Source of the DNA: Eledone cirrhosa
Taxonomy: Eukaryota
Assembly: GCA_964016885.1 (NCBI GenBank)
Contig: OZ024740.1
Coordinates: 86,986,001 to 87,050,000, forward strand
Direction of reading: 5' to 3'
Length of the DNA stretch: 64,000 bases
Part shown: positions 1-14,288 of the stretch, one piece after another
How positions within the stretch are numbered: the stretch's first letter is position 1
Layout of the letters: every line of letters starts with the position of its first letter
Position numbers and translations under genes: made by a program
The notes under the pieces: model-generated
The model's database searches: none
What the model was told of the DNA's origin: nothing
Seen by the model: only the letters and a program-made list of their open reading frames with translations

Positions 1-1240
1 ACCCCATATTTTTCTCCAAAAGGAATCTATGTCTTTCTGGTATGGGCCTCAGTGACACTTATTATTTTGCCCTTCATATCTCTATAGACTGATGTTTGGT
101 TTCGTCTGAATCTTTTATTAAGCACTTTTCTCTCATCTACCTTCTTCAGGTATCAACGTTTTTCGCTAACAGCTCTCAATTCTTGTTTGAGGGTGATCAG
201 CTTATATTGGAGAGTTCTGGTTCTACTGTTACCAAACATCATCTCTATTTTATTTTTCACTCTTTGTTGGTGAGGAGTGAGGTTTTTTTGTGTTTGTTTG
301 CATGTAAGGAGCATTGTCACATATCCTATGTTTTTTCGTTGGTCAGCACTCTATTTTTTCTATTTTAGTTATATATGATGGTATTTTTGGTGGAGTTCTG
401 TTCTTGTTAATATCTCTGCTATCACCAAGATAATGCTTCACTGTCGTTGCTAAGGCATATAAACAGGCGTTGATTTGCCAAAATGTTGGGGTTTTTATCC
501 GTTGTAAATATTCAACCTCTATTTCGTCAATAACACGTAGTATTTCATTATTTTGTTTTTTATTCACCATTGTCATTTTAACACGTTCAGCAAGAGAGAT
601 ATTTATACATGAGTTAATTTCTCTCTGGAAGATTTCGTTGAGGGAAATTTTCAATTGTTTATACTTTTGATTATCATTATTGATAGTATTTTCCACAACA
701 GTCGAGGTAGACTCAGATGGTACACGTGGTGTCACATTTATTTGATTATTATTATTATCGATAGTGTTTTCCTCAGCATTCGAGGTAGACTTAGATGGTA
801 GAGGCGGTGTCAAGTTTCTTACAGGCATAGTTGTTTCAAGGCGCTGTTCGACCTGGCTGCTAGGAAGTCTAGTAGCAAGGCGACCTGTAGCACGTGTTGT
901 TCATAACATGTTTGTTGTTGGGTTTCTTACAATTAATAATATTTATCTTATTTTTACGTTCAACAAACGTCGCTTGTTGGCGTAATTGTTTCGCTGTGAA
1001 ATAATTTAGCTCTGGGTGCATTTCGTCTGAGTGTAGCTTCATTCTATTTTTTTTGCCATTTTATAACAATTAAATAAATCATTACTAAGTTCGCAACTCC
1101 AAGAGAAATGCGATTTATAATTTCGGTTTCTTCTGTAGCTACAAATGAATAAAGTTTGATTACCTTCCTTGTTATTTGTCTCCGATACTTCCTTAATTTT
1201 GTTGTTGATGTTGTGTTCAGCCATGCTGTTTGTAGCAAAT
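1..1240 (-). mobile_element. Decayed R4/Dong-clade non-LTR retrotransposon, N-terminal part of the ORF (runs off the left edge)
   Basis: Stitched minus-strand frames give WSCELSNDLFNCYKMAK..HPELNYFTAKQLRQQA, then WQINACLYALA, LKQELRAVSEKR*Y..LNKRF..N..VYRDM and DSFWRKIW. This is the motif order that precedes the RT in R4/Dong ORFs. Stops and frameshifts are present. The 5' UTR may extend to the (TATG)n tract at ~1445. Confidence 0.7.
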
Positions 1241-1483
1241 CCTTGTAAAATGAATTATGTATTTAGTTGGATATCTCTACGAATTCGAATAAAAGGTGTC
1301 TTCAGAAGGGATAGTTAGAAGAATAACCAGTTATTCAACCTGACTGTAGTTGTGGCATTACTGTCGGAGATAGTATTCATCTTAAATTTACTAAATAGTC
1401 TCCCACGCCAAAATATGCGACTGATCGCATTGACTGTCTTTGTTTGTATGTATGTATGTATGTATGTATGTATGTATATACAA

Positions 1484-1517
<34 letters not shown>

Positions 1518-1518
1518 T

Positions 1519-1860
1519 GAGGCACATGGCTTAGTGGTTAGAGCATTGGCCTTGCAATCGAAAGGTTGTGAGTTCAATTCTCAGACCGGGTGATGTGTTG
1601 TTTCCTTGAGCAAGACACTTTATTTCACATTGCTCCAGTTTACTCAGCTGTAGAAATGAGATGATAGGGACTGGGGTCCCTATCATTCCACTGCAAAGTG
1701 GTCGTGGGGGTGCCATGGCAAAAAAACACCCAGCACTCACTGTAAATGAGGTTGGTGTTAGGAAGGGCATCCAGCTGTAGAAATCAAGCCAGAATCAGTT
1801 CCCGTCCCACCCTTGCAAGCAGGGAAAAAGCGGACGTAAAATGATGATGATGATGATGAT
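1519..1860 (+). mobile_element. tRNA-derived CORE-type SINE (family A) with RTE-like 3' tail
   Basis: A box TGGCTTAGTGG, B box GAGTTCAATTC, CORE-like CCTTGAGCAAGACACTT..CTCCAGTTTACTCAGCTG, tail GGACGTAAAA(TGA)n. Near-identical copies at 29222-29567 and 48537-48879. Confidence 0.85.
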
Positions 1861-2275
1861 ATATATATATTAATTGGAGGCCATTTATACAGGCTGTTGA
1901 GCATTTCTTTTTATCTGCTTCACAACCGACAGACCATACCATGGTGTGATCAGCACATCCCTGTTCTGTTATCCCCTTACTATATATATATATATATATA
2001 TACTCACACATATATATATATATATATAGATTTCTTTTCTTATAGATATGACTTCTACAAGATTAAGCTGTTTTATATGTAAGAGACCATAGATTATTTC
2101 TTACAAATGAAACAGTTCTAGTCATGCAAAAGTCATTTCTATAATAAAATAAATATGTCTATAATCTACTAACATATAGGGTACCTTCTTTAATTATGGT
2201 CACCTCTCAATATACATCAGGAATCCACCCTCCTCTCTCTATATATATATATGTACACACACACATATATATATC

Positions 2276-2594
2276 AGTGAAAAAATAACTGAAGTTAGAT
2301 TTGTAGTTTGTGTAAAAACTTTATTTGCATATTACAATTGTTTCAATATCACTCAGCTCCGGTGTGATCAAGGCAATCGGAGCCAGACTCTTCTTCAGCA
2401 TTTCTGCAAATATGTGAGTTTACATGCTTAATCCATATTTAAACTGGATCACACATGTAAACTCACATAACTGAGGAGATGTCAAAGAAGAGACTGGCTC
2501 TGATCGCCTTGGTCACACCCGAACTGATTGATATTGAAACAATAGTAATGAAATTTCTACACAAGCTGCAAATCTGATTTCAATTATTTTCACT
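2276..2594. repeat. Imperfect foldback (~155-bp inverted arms, very short loop)
   Basis: AGTGAAAAAATAACTGAAG...ATGTGAGTTTACATG is matched in reverse complement by CATGTAAACTCACAT...TTCAATTATTTTCACT. Flanked by (TA)n. Confidence 0.85.
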
Positions 2595-3191
2595 ATATCT
2601 ACACTCTGTAACATACAGCTGCCTTAAACATGGAGTACAACCCAATGAGAAACAGACCTCATAACGACATTGAGTGCTCCGAGCAGCACATTGCAATTAA
2701 TCATAAGTTATTCACCTAAATAACCTATATATATATAATAAGAAAAACTAAGTTTCATTTACAAGTCTTATTACACACATTTCTAGTGAATTGGCTCAAG
2801 GTCACACATGGAAGTTATGGATCGGACTCCAGTATCAATCTGCTCATCAGACTGGTGATTCAAATGTGTGTAACAGGTTGATACACAATAAAAACAATAC
2901 ATATAAACAAAACTTCATCATTTTTCTCATTACATACATTCTGCCTGTGCATCTAATGCTCACTTTGGTACCACCACCAGTAATCCACTGAATAACACAC
3001 ACAGACATATATATACATACATATAACTATATATATATACATACATATATCTATAAATATATATATATATATGTATATATATGCATACATACATTTATAT
3101 ACATATATACATACATTTATATATACATATATATATACATACACACACTCACACACACACATATATATATATATATATACATACACACACT

Positions 3192-3232
<41 letters not shown>

Positions 3233-5189
3233 GAAGGTATGAAGACAAAGCAAAAGTAAACATAGAACAAAACATTAACTCATAGGACTAAAATAACATA
3301 TAGGAGCCATTGATCTGCAACTGAAAATAACATTTTATAATCATTGTTTGAGAGAAAATTGTTCTGTTCTTTCACTGTTTATAAGAAATAAAATCGAAAA
3401 ATAAAAAAAACTCTCACATACAAAAACAAAGAAGAAAAAACAAAAAGAATGATGCAGAAACCAAAAACAAAAAAAGAAAAGAAAGAAAAACAAGCAGTTT
3501 ATACATTTATATTCAAAAATCTAAATTCTCAATTGATAATAAGGTAAAAAGAATTTTAGGTAATATTAAGCCAATTTGGTTGATGTTAACAGTTCCAATA
3601 CAATATGATAAAGAATATGTAATAAAAATCTAATATTCTTAAAATGGTAATTTTGCTAGCTAAATCTCATGTGTTATTTGCAATAATACCTAGTTGTGCA
3701 TCTAAATGAGCATGGACTCGTTTCAGTCAGAAAATCAGATTTATCTAGAATTTAAACATTTTATAGCACTTTGCTGTTTGTAAATTTTTCATGACTTAAC
3801 TAACTTATATGACGCTATAGTGTAAGAAGATTAATGTAACTGCTCTTTGGGGAGTTAGGCTATTATTGCTTGAATACAGATAGGCAAACAGTAATAGATC
3901 TAAAAAAATCTTTGTGAAAAATCAAAAGATTTAATTTTCAATAAACTGAAACATTGTTCAATATTAATCTTTATTTTAATAGTCATAAATCTTTATTCCT
4001 TACAGGATAAACAATTAAAAATTTAGTGTGCATGTGCATGTGAGTATGTGTTTGTGTGTGTTTGTGTGTTAGCAGCATTTGCGCACATCTCCTAAAGTCA
4101 TAAAGGACATGAGGGGAATAGCCTATATTTTAAGATTCATTATAGCTTGATTTATTCTATACTTAAAATAGTGAAAAGATGACAGTTAAGCAGGGGTTAT
4201 ATTCCAGGGAATAACAATAAAACAAATGATTGTAGTTGATCATATTAATACTAAGAGACAGAGTAAGCTAATAAACTACATCTGTGCTAGTTTTTTGAAG
4301 TAATAGGTGTCAAATCATTAAAGCAAATGAAGGAGAAATCAGGTGATTTGACCAGAAAGGCAGGTTGGAAGCAAAGAATGGAAAGTCATGAGAGAATACT
4401 GAATAATAGTGTGTTTGAGTATAGATTAAATGGCAAAACTTTAAATGAAAATAAAAATGTTATTGATATTAAAGTCAAATATTCCTAAAAATAAACATAT
4501 AAACAAGGCATGCAAAACATAAAACACCTCAAGATACAAGATAGATATATGAAAGGTTTTAGAATTATGATTGATAAGTAGGCCTTTGCAAAGGTGTATA
4601 ATGTAGGCCGCCTCCTCATGTTAGTAATAGTCCTGTGAAATGTGGGCTCCTTTTCAAACTACACATTAAGTGTTTTAGTAATAAGTGCTAAATACATATT
4701 ATTTATGTATGGGTTATGGGTATATATATGTACATACAGTGTATATGTATTTAAAAGTACCAGAACAAAATAAAACAACTAAATCTTGAGGCAAGTAGGC
4801 ATTCTCCTATAACTAAAACCCCAATTTCATCTGATTTTACTAATATCTAAAATACATACATGCAGATGTTCATGTGTTCCCTTTCGAAAATTTATTCAAC
4901 AAATTTCAATTAAATTATATAATATTTGCAATAAAGAAAGAAAAAAAAAAGAATTAAATAACAAAAGTAATGGAAGGGGGTAGACCCTACCTTATAAACT
5001 TAGCATGCAACTTATAAATATATTTTTAAAAGTATAATTTTATTTGGAATGTTATTTAAATCAACTGTGTCATTTTAAATCTTATTTTTGCTTTTATATT
5101 TTTCTTTTACTTTTTAGGCTTTTATTAAGCTCATTTTTTTTGTAATTTGAACATTTACATACACTTTCTACTGTTAATTTCTCAATTGT

Positions 5190-5340
5190 GGCTCATGCCA
5201 ATTACAGTTGAGACCTTTGATGTCCTTCGTCCCTGCACTGTAAATTCCCTCTGCAAAATTGGAAAGACAGCAATCCACCTTGTGGCTATTGCAGTTGACC
5301 ATTGTCCATGGCAATGCTTTCACCATCCTGTCTGTGGGGC
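5190..5340 (+). mobile_element. Degenerate fragment of an RLE-type (CRE/R2-like) non-LTR retrotransposon C-terminus
   Basis: PITVETFDVLRP..LCKIGK followed by WLLQLTIVHGNAFTIL resembles the P.A.ETLG..GP ... QRLS.A..RGNA..IL pattern of restriction-like endonuclease C-termini. Confidence 0.4.
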
Positions 5341-6825
5341 ATGACCAAATCAACACTTAGACTGAGGTGTAGAATCTGTCCCTCCCTCTCTCCCTTTCCT
5401 TTGAAGAAGAACCTGCTGCCAGTTCTGAAACTTGAAGCAAAGTGATATGCTTTGCCCAGGAACATATCTATAGCTGAAGTAATATTTCAATTTGCAACCA
5501 TGTGATAAGTAATTGTAGTCATTGTGCCACTTATTGATAAATACCAAAGATAACTAAATCTAAAATATTTATGGAATTGTTTTTCCAAATCATCTACTTT
5601 AAAACTTTCCAAGCATCAATATTAAAGTGATTAAAAACAGCTACCAGTAATAAAGTAAATTTTATATACAGATAACTATAGTCTTTTGGGGTTTTTTTTA
5701 ATAGAAACTTTCACTGTTAAATGAATGAAGTGTAAACACTTTCGACTAATCCTCTGTACAAAGAAAAATATATGATCACTTTTAATCATTTCAGAGACAT
5801 ATACAGTGTTGCTGTAGTAAACTTCCTCTGTACACATAGCCATAAAAGTAGCCATTGTACAATGAGTAGATAAACATTTCTAAAATACATAAAAGAGAAC
5901 TCTTATATCTTTCTATGTACAGAGCAATAGTAAAAAATGTTTATACTTTCTTCTTTTAGCAGTGAAGGTTTTTATAAAACAAAACTAGTTATATCTCCAA
6001 TGAATTTACCTTAAATCTTTGAATGTACACTGCGTTCTAGCATGAATATTTATTGAGATAATTTACATTGCCAAATGTATGCATATCATGAAAATCAGAC
6101 CAACTTTTACTAAAGCAATACTATATGTATAATATAGCTATTTTCTACATATAGTATTGCTTTAGAAAAAGTTCTCTATACACTGAATCATAAAGGTAGT
6201 TAATTTTTGATGACGAGACAAGAATCTCTGTAATGCACAAAGGTAATTTTGTTGTTTCTCTGTGAACAGAAATAGTTGAAAGTATTTACACTTCATTAAT
6301 TCCATAGGAAAGGCTCCTAATTAAAAAAAAGACTGTAGTTATGTCTCTATGAAATTTAGCTTTAATCGTCTATGTGCTATGGTATAGGATAAATATTTTT
6401 TTGTTTTAAACAAACATTAAGCTACTTTAACTATTGAATGATTTAAATAACATTAGATGCAAATATCTAAATGTTGACATAGTTCAAAATTCTCAAGACA
6501 GACAGAAAGAAAATGAGAATGAATAAGTGACACCAACATTGTTTTCAAATTTTCTACTGCAGCTTAATTGGCTAATAAATTATGAAATAGTATTTTCATG
6601 GCTAAGGTGAAAAAAATCTATCAAGATGTTTTGTAACCTCATTACATATTCCAAAAGACAGTGTAAGAAAAAAATTATAGTTACTGAATATAAACTATGT
6701 TTTAAGAAAATATTTATAGAATACATTGAACATATTTTCTAATTCTAGAACTTTTAAACGTGACAAACTTTCAAGATAGTCATAAAAAGGTGACTTAGAT
6801 GAAAGAAAATAAGAAGGCAACTTAC

Positions 6826-6987
6826 TTTCTAGACGTTTCCTTTTCCTGCGGATAAAAAACATGATGAGACCAATGTTAAGGGCTAAAAGAAAGATGCCAA
6901 CAATGCAAACAACGAGAATAATTATAAGTGGCATGTCATCAGAATCTTGAGGAGCTGCTGCATCGTGCTCTTCAGGAGGGTTTAAAT
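6826..6987 (-). CDS. Nephrin/SYG-2-like gene: juxtamembrane and transmembrane exon (NLNPPEEH..MPLIIILVVCIVGIFLLALNIGLIMFFIRRKRKRLE)
   Basis: Acceptor tttttag, donor gtaagt, 162 nt, phase 1-1. Hydrophobic helix followed by a basic stop-transfer sequence. Confidence 0.92.
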
Positions 6988-8600
6988 CTAAAAAAGAGGA
7001 AAAGAAAAGAAAAGAAATTAATGACAAAGAAATATATAGTTTTTATTTAAATCTATGCAAACTGATCATAAGAAATATTTAAATAAAAAAAATAAAGTTT
7101 AATAGTTGCTTTCTCTGAATTATTAAAACTTTCAATTTTAACCAATGACTATAAAAAAAATGTGACTTCTTTTATTATATTATTGTTTAGTCAGGGATAG
7201 AAAGGCACTGCCCATTAACTTTATCCTTAAACCAAAGACCTGGTCCCAAACTTGCAACAGAGTAGGCTCCATTAAAATCACTTATGAGCCCATTTCTGAT
7301 GGTAAACTAGGCAATACATTAATTCTACCATCAAGTAGGTCATAACAAAATTTAAACCTGAATTTAAAGTATCAAAACAAACACTGCAAAGTATCCCATC
7401 TAATACTTTCACAATTCCATTAGCCCACCACACTAGACTAATACTTTTTTTGTCAACCATGAAAAAGTGTACGGTAAAGTTGATCTCACCAATATTTGAA
7501 CTCAAAATGAAAACAGCTGAAACAAATAACACAAGGTATTTGGCTTGATACCCTAACACTTACTGTCAATTCCCTGCCATATACAATCATAATACCATTG
7601 AGACACAACATACAATTGTATTCTTCCCTCAAAGAGGAATGAATAAACTTCAACTGTTTGGAACCTGATCATTTTCTCCCATATTTTAAAATTCTGTAGC
7701 TCCAAGACTGAGTAAAATCGATTTGAAATGAATTCATCTGCTTAACTGTCATCTTTGTATTATTCTTAACTCCAGTGTATCGCTTTTCAAAGCTATCTAA
7801 TCAAAGAGGCAACATCTATTTGGTCATTAAATATTCAAGAAATAACAACCAAAACAAAGAGCAGAATGGGTAATATAGCTCTATATATTTAAGTATAAGC
7901 TTTGTTGGAAACATTTAATAAATGTGAAAAGCATTCTCTTATTTTCTTTGTACACAATGAGTCGTATAAATTGTAGTTATACAAATATTAAATTTATCGT
8001 CAATTTTCTAATATATGCTATTATGCATTAAGTTAACTATGTTGCCAATAATTGCACACTATGCAAATTAGACTGGTCGTTTCAGTAAAGTTTGAGTAGT
8101 GTTTTATATGTACAGCATTTGTCTAGAGCACCCTCTGCAGACATAAGAAAGATGTCTACTGGTGAATAGCTGATTAGCTGTGAAACATGTATGTCTCTCA
8201 GTAAGTCTTTTGCATTTGTTCAGATTTTCACAAGGCTTACTAATTGTTGTTATACCTACATTGAATGTATAATATATTTTCTAATACTTTTTGTGTTGAG
8301 CATAAATATATATATATATATACATATATATGTTCATTTCTATAATCCTCGTTGCTTGAACTAATTAATCAATGAACTGTGGTATAATCAAGCATAAGTA
8401 CCCTAACCACATGCCACAGGTAATATGCATATGGTATTTGATAGATTATTTTTATTAAGTAAGAAGAAGAGATGGATTTACATTTTATACCTCATTTTAT
8501 AGTCTTACATAACATCTATTATGCACATTTCAAATGCATTAAATTACCATTGTGTAATAATTAATGCATTATCATCAGACTGGTACTGAAAATTTAAATA

Positions 8601-8644
<44 letters not shown>

Positions 8645-9721
8645 TAGCTTGGAAAAGTTGAAATGGTATTGCCAATCAACAATAATCTTACATCATATAT
8701 TGGACTATATGATCCTTATACACTGTGGCCAAAAATAAAAAAAAAAGGCTCTGCTGAATCAAACTTCACCTGGTGCTGAACTACTACTATTACCTGTTTT
8801 ACCCACCTTGTCAGTACCTCTTCACCTACCAGTACAATATTGCTATCAAAATGCCAAGTCAAATATTGTATTTCAACAATACATATTAATCACACCACTA
8901 TTTCTCCTCAGACATGCAGATAGAGAAATAAATCATGTAAACATTATTTATTCAATCTGTGTTAAACAAGTTAATGTTTATCTACCTATATATAAATTAT
9001 AAAGTATGCAATAATAAAGAACTGAGATAAATGTTATCAAATTTCAAACTTTCAATAAAGAGTAAAAAAATTAATTTGAAATGGTGAGGGAACTAAAACT
9101 GAAAAGAAACCCTTGATGGGCCAACCTTAACCATAAAAAATATTTATTGAATATATCAATTTCCTTCTTTCAAAAAAATAAATAAAACAATAATAAATAA
9201 ATAAAATAATAATAAATTTAAATTAATAGGGAATCAGCTTAACCACTCAACATAAGAAAGAAATATCACCCCAAAGTGTTCATAAAACGTAAATTGAAAG
9301 AAAATAAAAATAGATAGAAGCTAAAAAAAACAGAACTGAACATTATACACACACACATATATATATATTTATATACATATATATATATATATTTATATAC
9401 ATATATATATGTATATTTATATACATATATATATATGTATGTGTGTGGGTGGGTGGAGAGAGAGAATTTTATTTCATTCTTTTACTGTATACATATGTAC
9501 ATGTATATTTATATATTGGAAATTATTTATAGCCACAAAAGGAAGACAAGTATCATTTGAAGTGTGCATGAAAGCTATACTCACTCCCATTTTCACACAT
9601 ATACTTGTATGCATACAATCATATATAAATATATATATATATGAATGCACACTTGTACATGTACATATACATGTATGTATGTATGTATGTATGTATGTAT
9701 GTATGTATGTATGTATGTATG

Positions 9722-9788
<67 letters not shown>

Positions 9789-11258
9789 GTGTATTTATAC
9801 ACAAACACATATGCATGCATGATATTTATATATAAATTGGCATCAGTGTGCCACAACCAATTGCCTCATCATCCAATAACTTCAGGGACTGGTAGATATC
9901 TGAGACGAAATCTTCTTGTGGATGTCATGATCGATAGACAAGGTTACTGAACAGCCTCTTTGTTATATCACCAACTGGCTTTCCTTTATAAGATATAGCA
10001 TTAGATTTAAGCAAGATTTCCAAACATTAGATGACCCTCATTGTCGGAGACTTGGTGATATCAATTTTTCTCTCTTTACATCTACCATTTATTGATTTCT
10101 CCACCACTAGAATTTTGATTTGTTTATTGCTAAATATTTTTACCATTTTTGTCCTCCTCAAGCGGCAGCACATTCTTGTTTCCCCTTCCTATAATTAATC
10201 TTCAGAGCCAGCATAGGCCATTACTTGTCAAGTCAAGCTTTCCAAGATATATCTTTATCAAACAAATATTATTTAGAAGTGACTTTCAACTTTGGGACCT
10301 CATTTCATCTATATTCATTTCTTCTCTATAATTTTTGCCAAATACCTATGAACTTTCAATAGATTTTGAACTTAAACAAAGAATAGAAACCACAAAAATA
10401 AACTAAATTCATAAATAAAATAGGTACATAAATAAGATAAATAAATACATATTAAAACTTTTCTATATTTGTTGTTTCCAAGTGAAATACACCAAAATAA
10501 ATTGATAAATAACTCTTGGGCTTTTAGGCTATATTTCTTCAAGGAAACTTTAATATTATTTGCATGGTTTGTGAGAAGAAGAGCAGTGGAACCAGAAATA
10601 TAATGTGAAATTGATTTATTTCAAATAGATTGGAAATATTAATGCTCTGAGATTTAGAATGAAACTAAAACTGTACATGTTTCACATGAGCCTGATGATA
10701 TCCATAAAATCTAATGTTCATAGCCCAAGATTAAAATGTTTTGAAATAATGTAAGAATAAACAAGTTACATTTTTCTCAGTTGGTTTCAAAGTTTTCATG
10801 ATATAACATGATTCTCGACTGTGAAATCTAGGTCTACCAGCAGAAAGACTATTTCTTTTAACAAGAAAGATTTTGAATAATGATACAGTAAACATTCTTT
10901 TTCCATTGAATAAAAATACCTTTTCATGAACTTTGCCACACAGCTATTTTCCATTCTTTCTAGAAAAAGACAAACATTTCTGATTCAAATTACATTTGTG
11001 AAATGTCTGAGAAAGAACCTAAAGTTATTGTGAACATAAAATAATTACCATTTCCACATTAGAGTACCTTAAGTTATACATGAAAATCTTGCAGCCGATC
11101 AGCAAATGTATGATTAAAGAAACGTTTAAAATAGAACATGTTACATAGTAAATACTATGTTTTGTGACCACTAGCTGTAAAAATACATGCTCCAACAGTT
11201 TATGAAAATGCATAAATTTACAAGAAGCATTCAACCCATGTAAGCCTACAGTAAGTGT

Positions 11259-11295
<37 letters not shown>

Positions 11296-12144
11296 AAAGG
11301 GAAATGTTAATTACATCCAAAAGAGCACATAATACAAACCTATAAATACAGAACATTAGGCCACCTATATTTATCTTGTTCATGAATGACCAACTGTACA
11401 GTAATTTTTAGCCAGATGTATAATATAAGAATTAATTTACATCCTTTATACATCTACACCCATTAAGCATTATGATATGAGAATAGTAGTTGAAACTAAC
11501 ATCGCTGTGCTTTCTTCTCTTTTACAACCTACATTTCAAGAGTGTTATTAATTATACTTATGTAGATAAATCACAAAGAGTAGAACTTAAACCTATGAAT
11601 GAAATATTTTTCACATGATTCAGATAGCACAGCATTGAATAATCATCCTATATAGCCTTGTCATCAGAAAAGTCAGAAAAAAGACTATTTTTCTATCTTT
11701 ATAGAACTTCATATTGATCAAAATCAATATATGTTCATTATATTTTATATTTCTCACAACATCTACATCATCATCATCATCAGTTTTATGTATGTTTTTT
11801 TCCCTCATGCTGATATAGGTTTGATGAGACTTTTTCAAGCAATACTTTTAAGCTGGATGCCCTTCCTGATACCAACCCTTATTTGTATTTCTTTAAGTAA
11901 GATACTGATCTTTCCAAGTTGAGTTGTGACATTTCCTTATGCAGGACAAATGTGATGCAAATAAAGAGACAAACACAGAAATGTGTAAACACAAAGTTTT
12001 CTTAGTTTCATGGATGGGAATGAAAATAAAATATATATATATAAATGTCTCAAAGTATTAGACATTAGTCCCTCATCATGAAAGAGCAAAATTCAGAGAA
12101 ACAGGATGTTTGAAGTTTGGAGGAAAAGAAAAAGAAAAACTTTT

Positions 12145-12347
12145 TTAACACTTTACCATTTACATTATATTTACTATTGTATTTTCCTAATTATCTTACA
12201 TAATACCGAATCTACGAGATTTTGATATTATTTATTTTGAGAATAATACCTTAATATCAGTATGGGCGGCCAATTATGGCTGGTTTGAACAGAAAGAAGT
12301 GAGAGAATTCTGGCCGGATACAGCTGGTTTAAATGCTAAAGGGTTAA
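12145..12347. mobile_element. piggyBac-type MITE
   Basis: TTAA|CACTTTACCATTTA...TAAATGCTAAAGGG|TTAA. Related copies in the opposite orientation at 29025-29591 and 52172-52576. Confidence 0.75.
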
Positions 12348-12529
12348 GATGGGTGAGGAGGGTAGGCAATTAGTCCTGCATGCATGGGTGGGGGCCAAGG
12401 TGAAGAGTCCAGGTATATTATTAGTGCTGCTAGATGTGTGCAGATGGGGTGAAATTTGTGTGTGTGTCTATCACTGATGATATTTCTCCTTTGGGTGTGC
12501 ATGTTTTGTGAACTGTTGATGGAAGTGTG

Positions 12530-12822
12530 TATGTCTAAAATCTATGGCAAACTCCCACGAGCCTCTATCTTCTAAAATCCCGGAGAGCTCAATTTGCTGG
12601 CCACTCTCACCGTGCCAGCAATGAAATCATATCTGCTCTCTTGCTCTGGAACCCTGACTCCAGCCTGACTAGGAGTAGGAAGCTGTCATTCCCTGACGTT
12701 ATCTCTAGGGATACGGGAATCAGTAGACAGGACCTGGGGGCAGTGATGGGGGACAGGGAATTCTGGGGCATGAGAGTGAGATCCATCATCTCGACAGTAG
12801 TCGACGAATGATGATGATGATG
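12530..12822 (+). mobile_element. 3' end of an RTE LINE (5'-truncated) with (ATG)n tail
   Basis: IYGKLP..RRAQFAGHSHRASNEIISALLLW..LSFPDVISRDTG..MGDREFW, then stops and (TGA)n. A related remnant lies at 43300-43725. Confidence 0.75.
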
Positions 12823-13166
12823 TGTGTACTAAACAAGAACAGAGATATAGTATTCAGAACTGTGATACACACACACACACACATTTATACATACATATGC
12901 AATATTATATATATATATTCACACACATGTACATACATACACATATACAAATGTGAAACAAAAACATAAATATATATATATATATATACACACATATGGT
13001 AAGCTCCGTATACATTCCATCTACCAATCTTACTCACAAGGCCTGGATCAAATTGAGGGTATAATAAAAATAACAAAAAAATAAAATAAAATAACTCATG
13101 TCAACATACAGTGTGAGCTAACCAATAATTCCAAAACCATTTTGACAATACATTGTAAATACTTAC

Positions 13167-13265
13167 TAGAAGTTTTTGCTCTGAATTCTTTCCTTTGATA
13201 TTCACTTTCACCAAGTTTATTGAATGCAAGCATAGTTATTTCATATTCACGCCCTCTCTGTAAAC
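13167..13265 (-). CDS. Nephrin-like gene: second half of the FN3 domain (GLQRGREYEITMLAFNKLGESEYQRKEFRAKTS)
   Basis: Not in the ORF track. Acceptor ttctaatag, donor gtaagt, 99 nt, phase 1-1. FN3 pattern GL....Y...A.N..G.S. Confidence 0.9.
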
Positions 13266-14241
13266 CTATTAGAAGAAAATTTACTCATTTTATACAACAA
13301 AACTACTTACTGTAAAAGTGTTAAAAAAATAAATAAAACTTACAAAATTTACAAAATATTTAAGTTTTGACAAATCCTACAAGAAAAAAGTTAAAAAAAA
13401 AGAAAAAGAAAAAACTAGAAAATAAATAAAGTATTTTTGTTTCAAAACTAAAAATGGAATTACTAAATTTTACTTTGCAAAAGTTTCCATAAACTTATGA
13501 AAATTTTGCATTTTTTTCCATTTAACATTATGGAAAAATTTAGCTACAGAAAGGAAATATCTTCTTGAACAATTTGCTGATATTTATATTTCAAAGGTTA
13601 GTACCAAACTGTTGATATTAATAATCGAAGATGACTACATAATCAGGTCTTCAGTAGCCTGTCTTTTATTTGATTGCCTTTGAAAAGGGAAGTAACTCTG
13701 ATTACATTGAAATAAACTGCAAATAACTTCCACTAATGTTCTAAGCCATTATCTAATATAATGTGGCAAGAATTCAATTATATTGGGGTACACTGACAAT
13801 TTCCATTGAATGCTAATGACATAGATATCAATAATGAAAACTATAACAATTAACACAGATAGCAGTTTTAATTGTGTATTAAGATCTGGTAATAAAATAT
13901 GGCAATTATAATTTGTACAGTTTACACTAGCTGAAGGTGTCAAGAAGTGAGAACCATACGAGTTTTGAATAGATTATAATGTTAAACACTTTTGATGGAA
14001 TTCATCCAAATGTTCTCATTATTGTTTATGACATTTTGGAGCCTTTTAGATTTGTCTATCTTTAGAAGTTAAAGATGGCAGTAGCTCTTGATGCTAGTTT
14101 GTTAGACGAACATCAATTATTGATCAATTCACTAATATGATACAGCCATCAGTTTGGTTTAACTTTCTGTCATTTGTATTTCTTGGTTGAAAACAGACCC
14201 ACAAATATCAAAAGTAAAAACAAAATAGATATAGGAAAATT

Positions 14242-14288
<47 letters not shown>

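Noticed and set aside
1519-1592. tRNA gene
   Set aside because: It is the tRNA-derived head of a multi-copy SINE and continues into CORE and tail sequence.
2953-3270. ORFs rich in YIYI/VCMY (also at 9409-9950, 39853-40120, 53061-53393 and 58153-58492)
   Set aside because: Translations of (TA)n, (TG)n and (TATG)n microsatellites; not genes.
3690-3745. Possible 55-nt cytoplasmic-tail exon on the minus strand
   Set aside because: Weak splice sites, no recognisable homology, and no downstream exon to confirm the phase.
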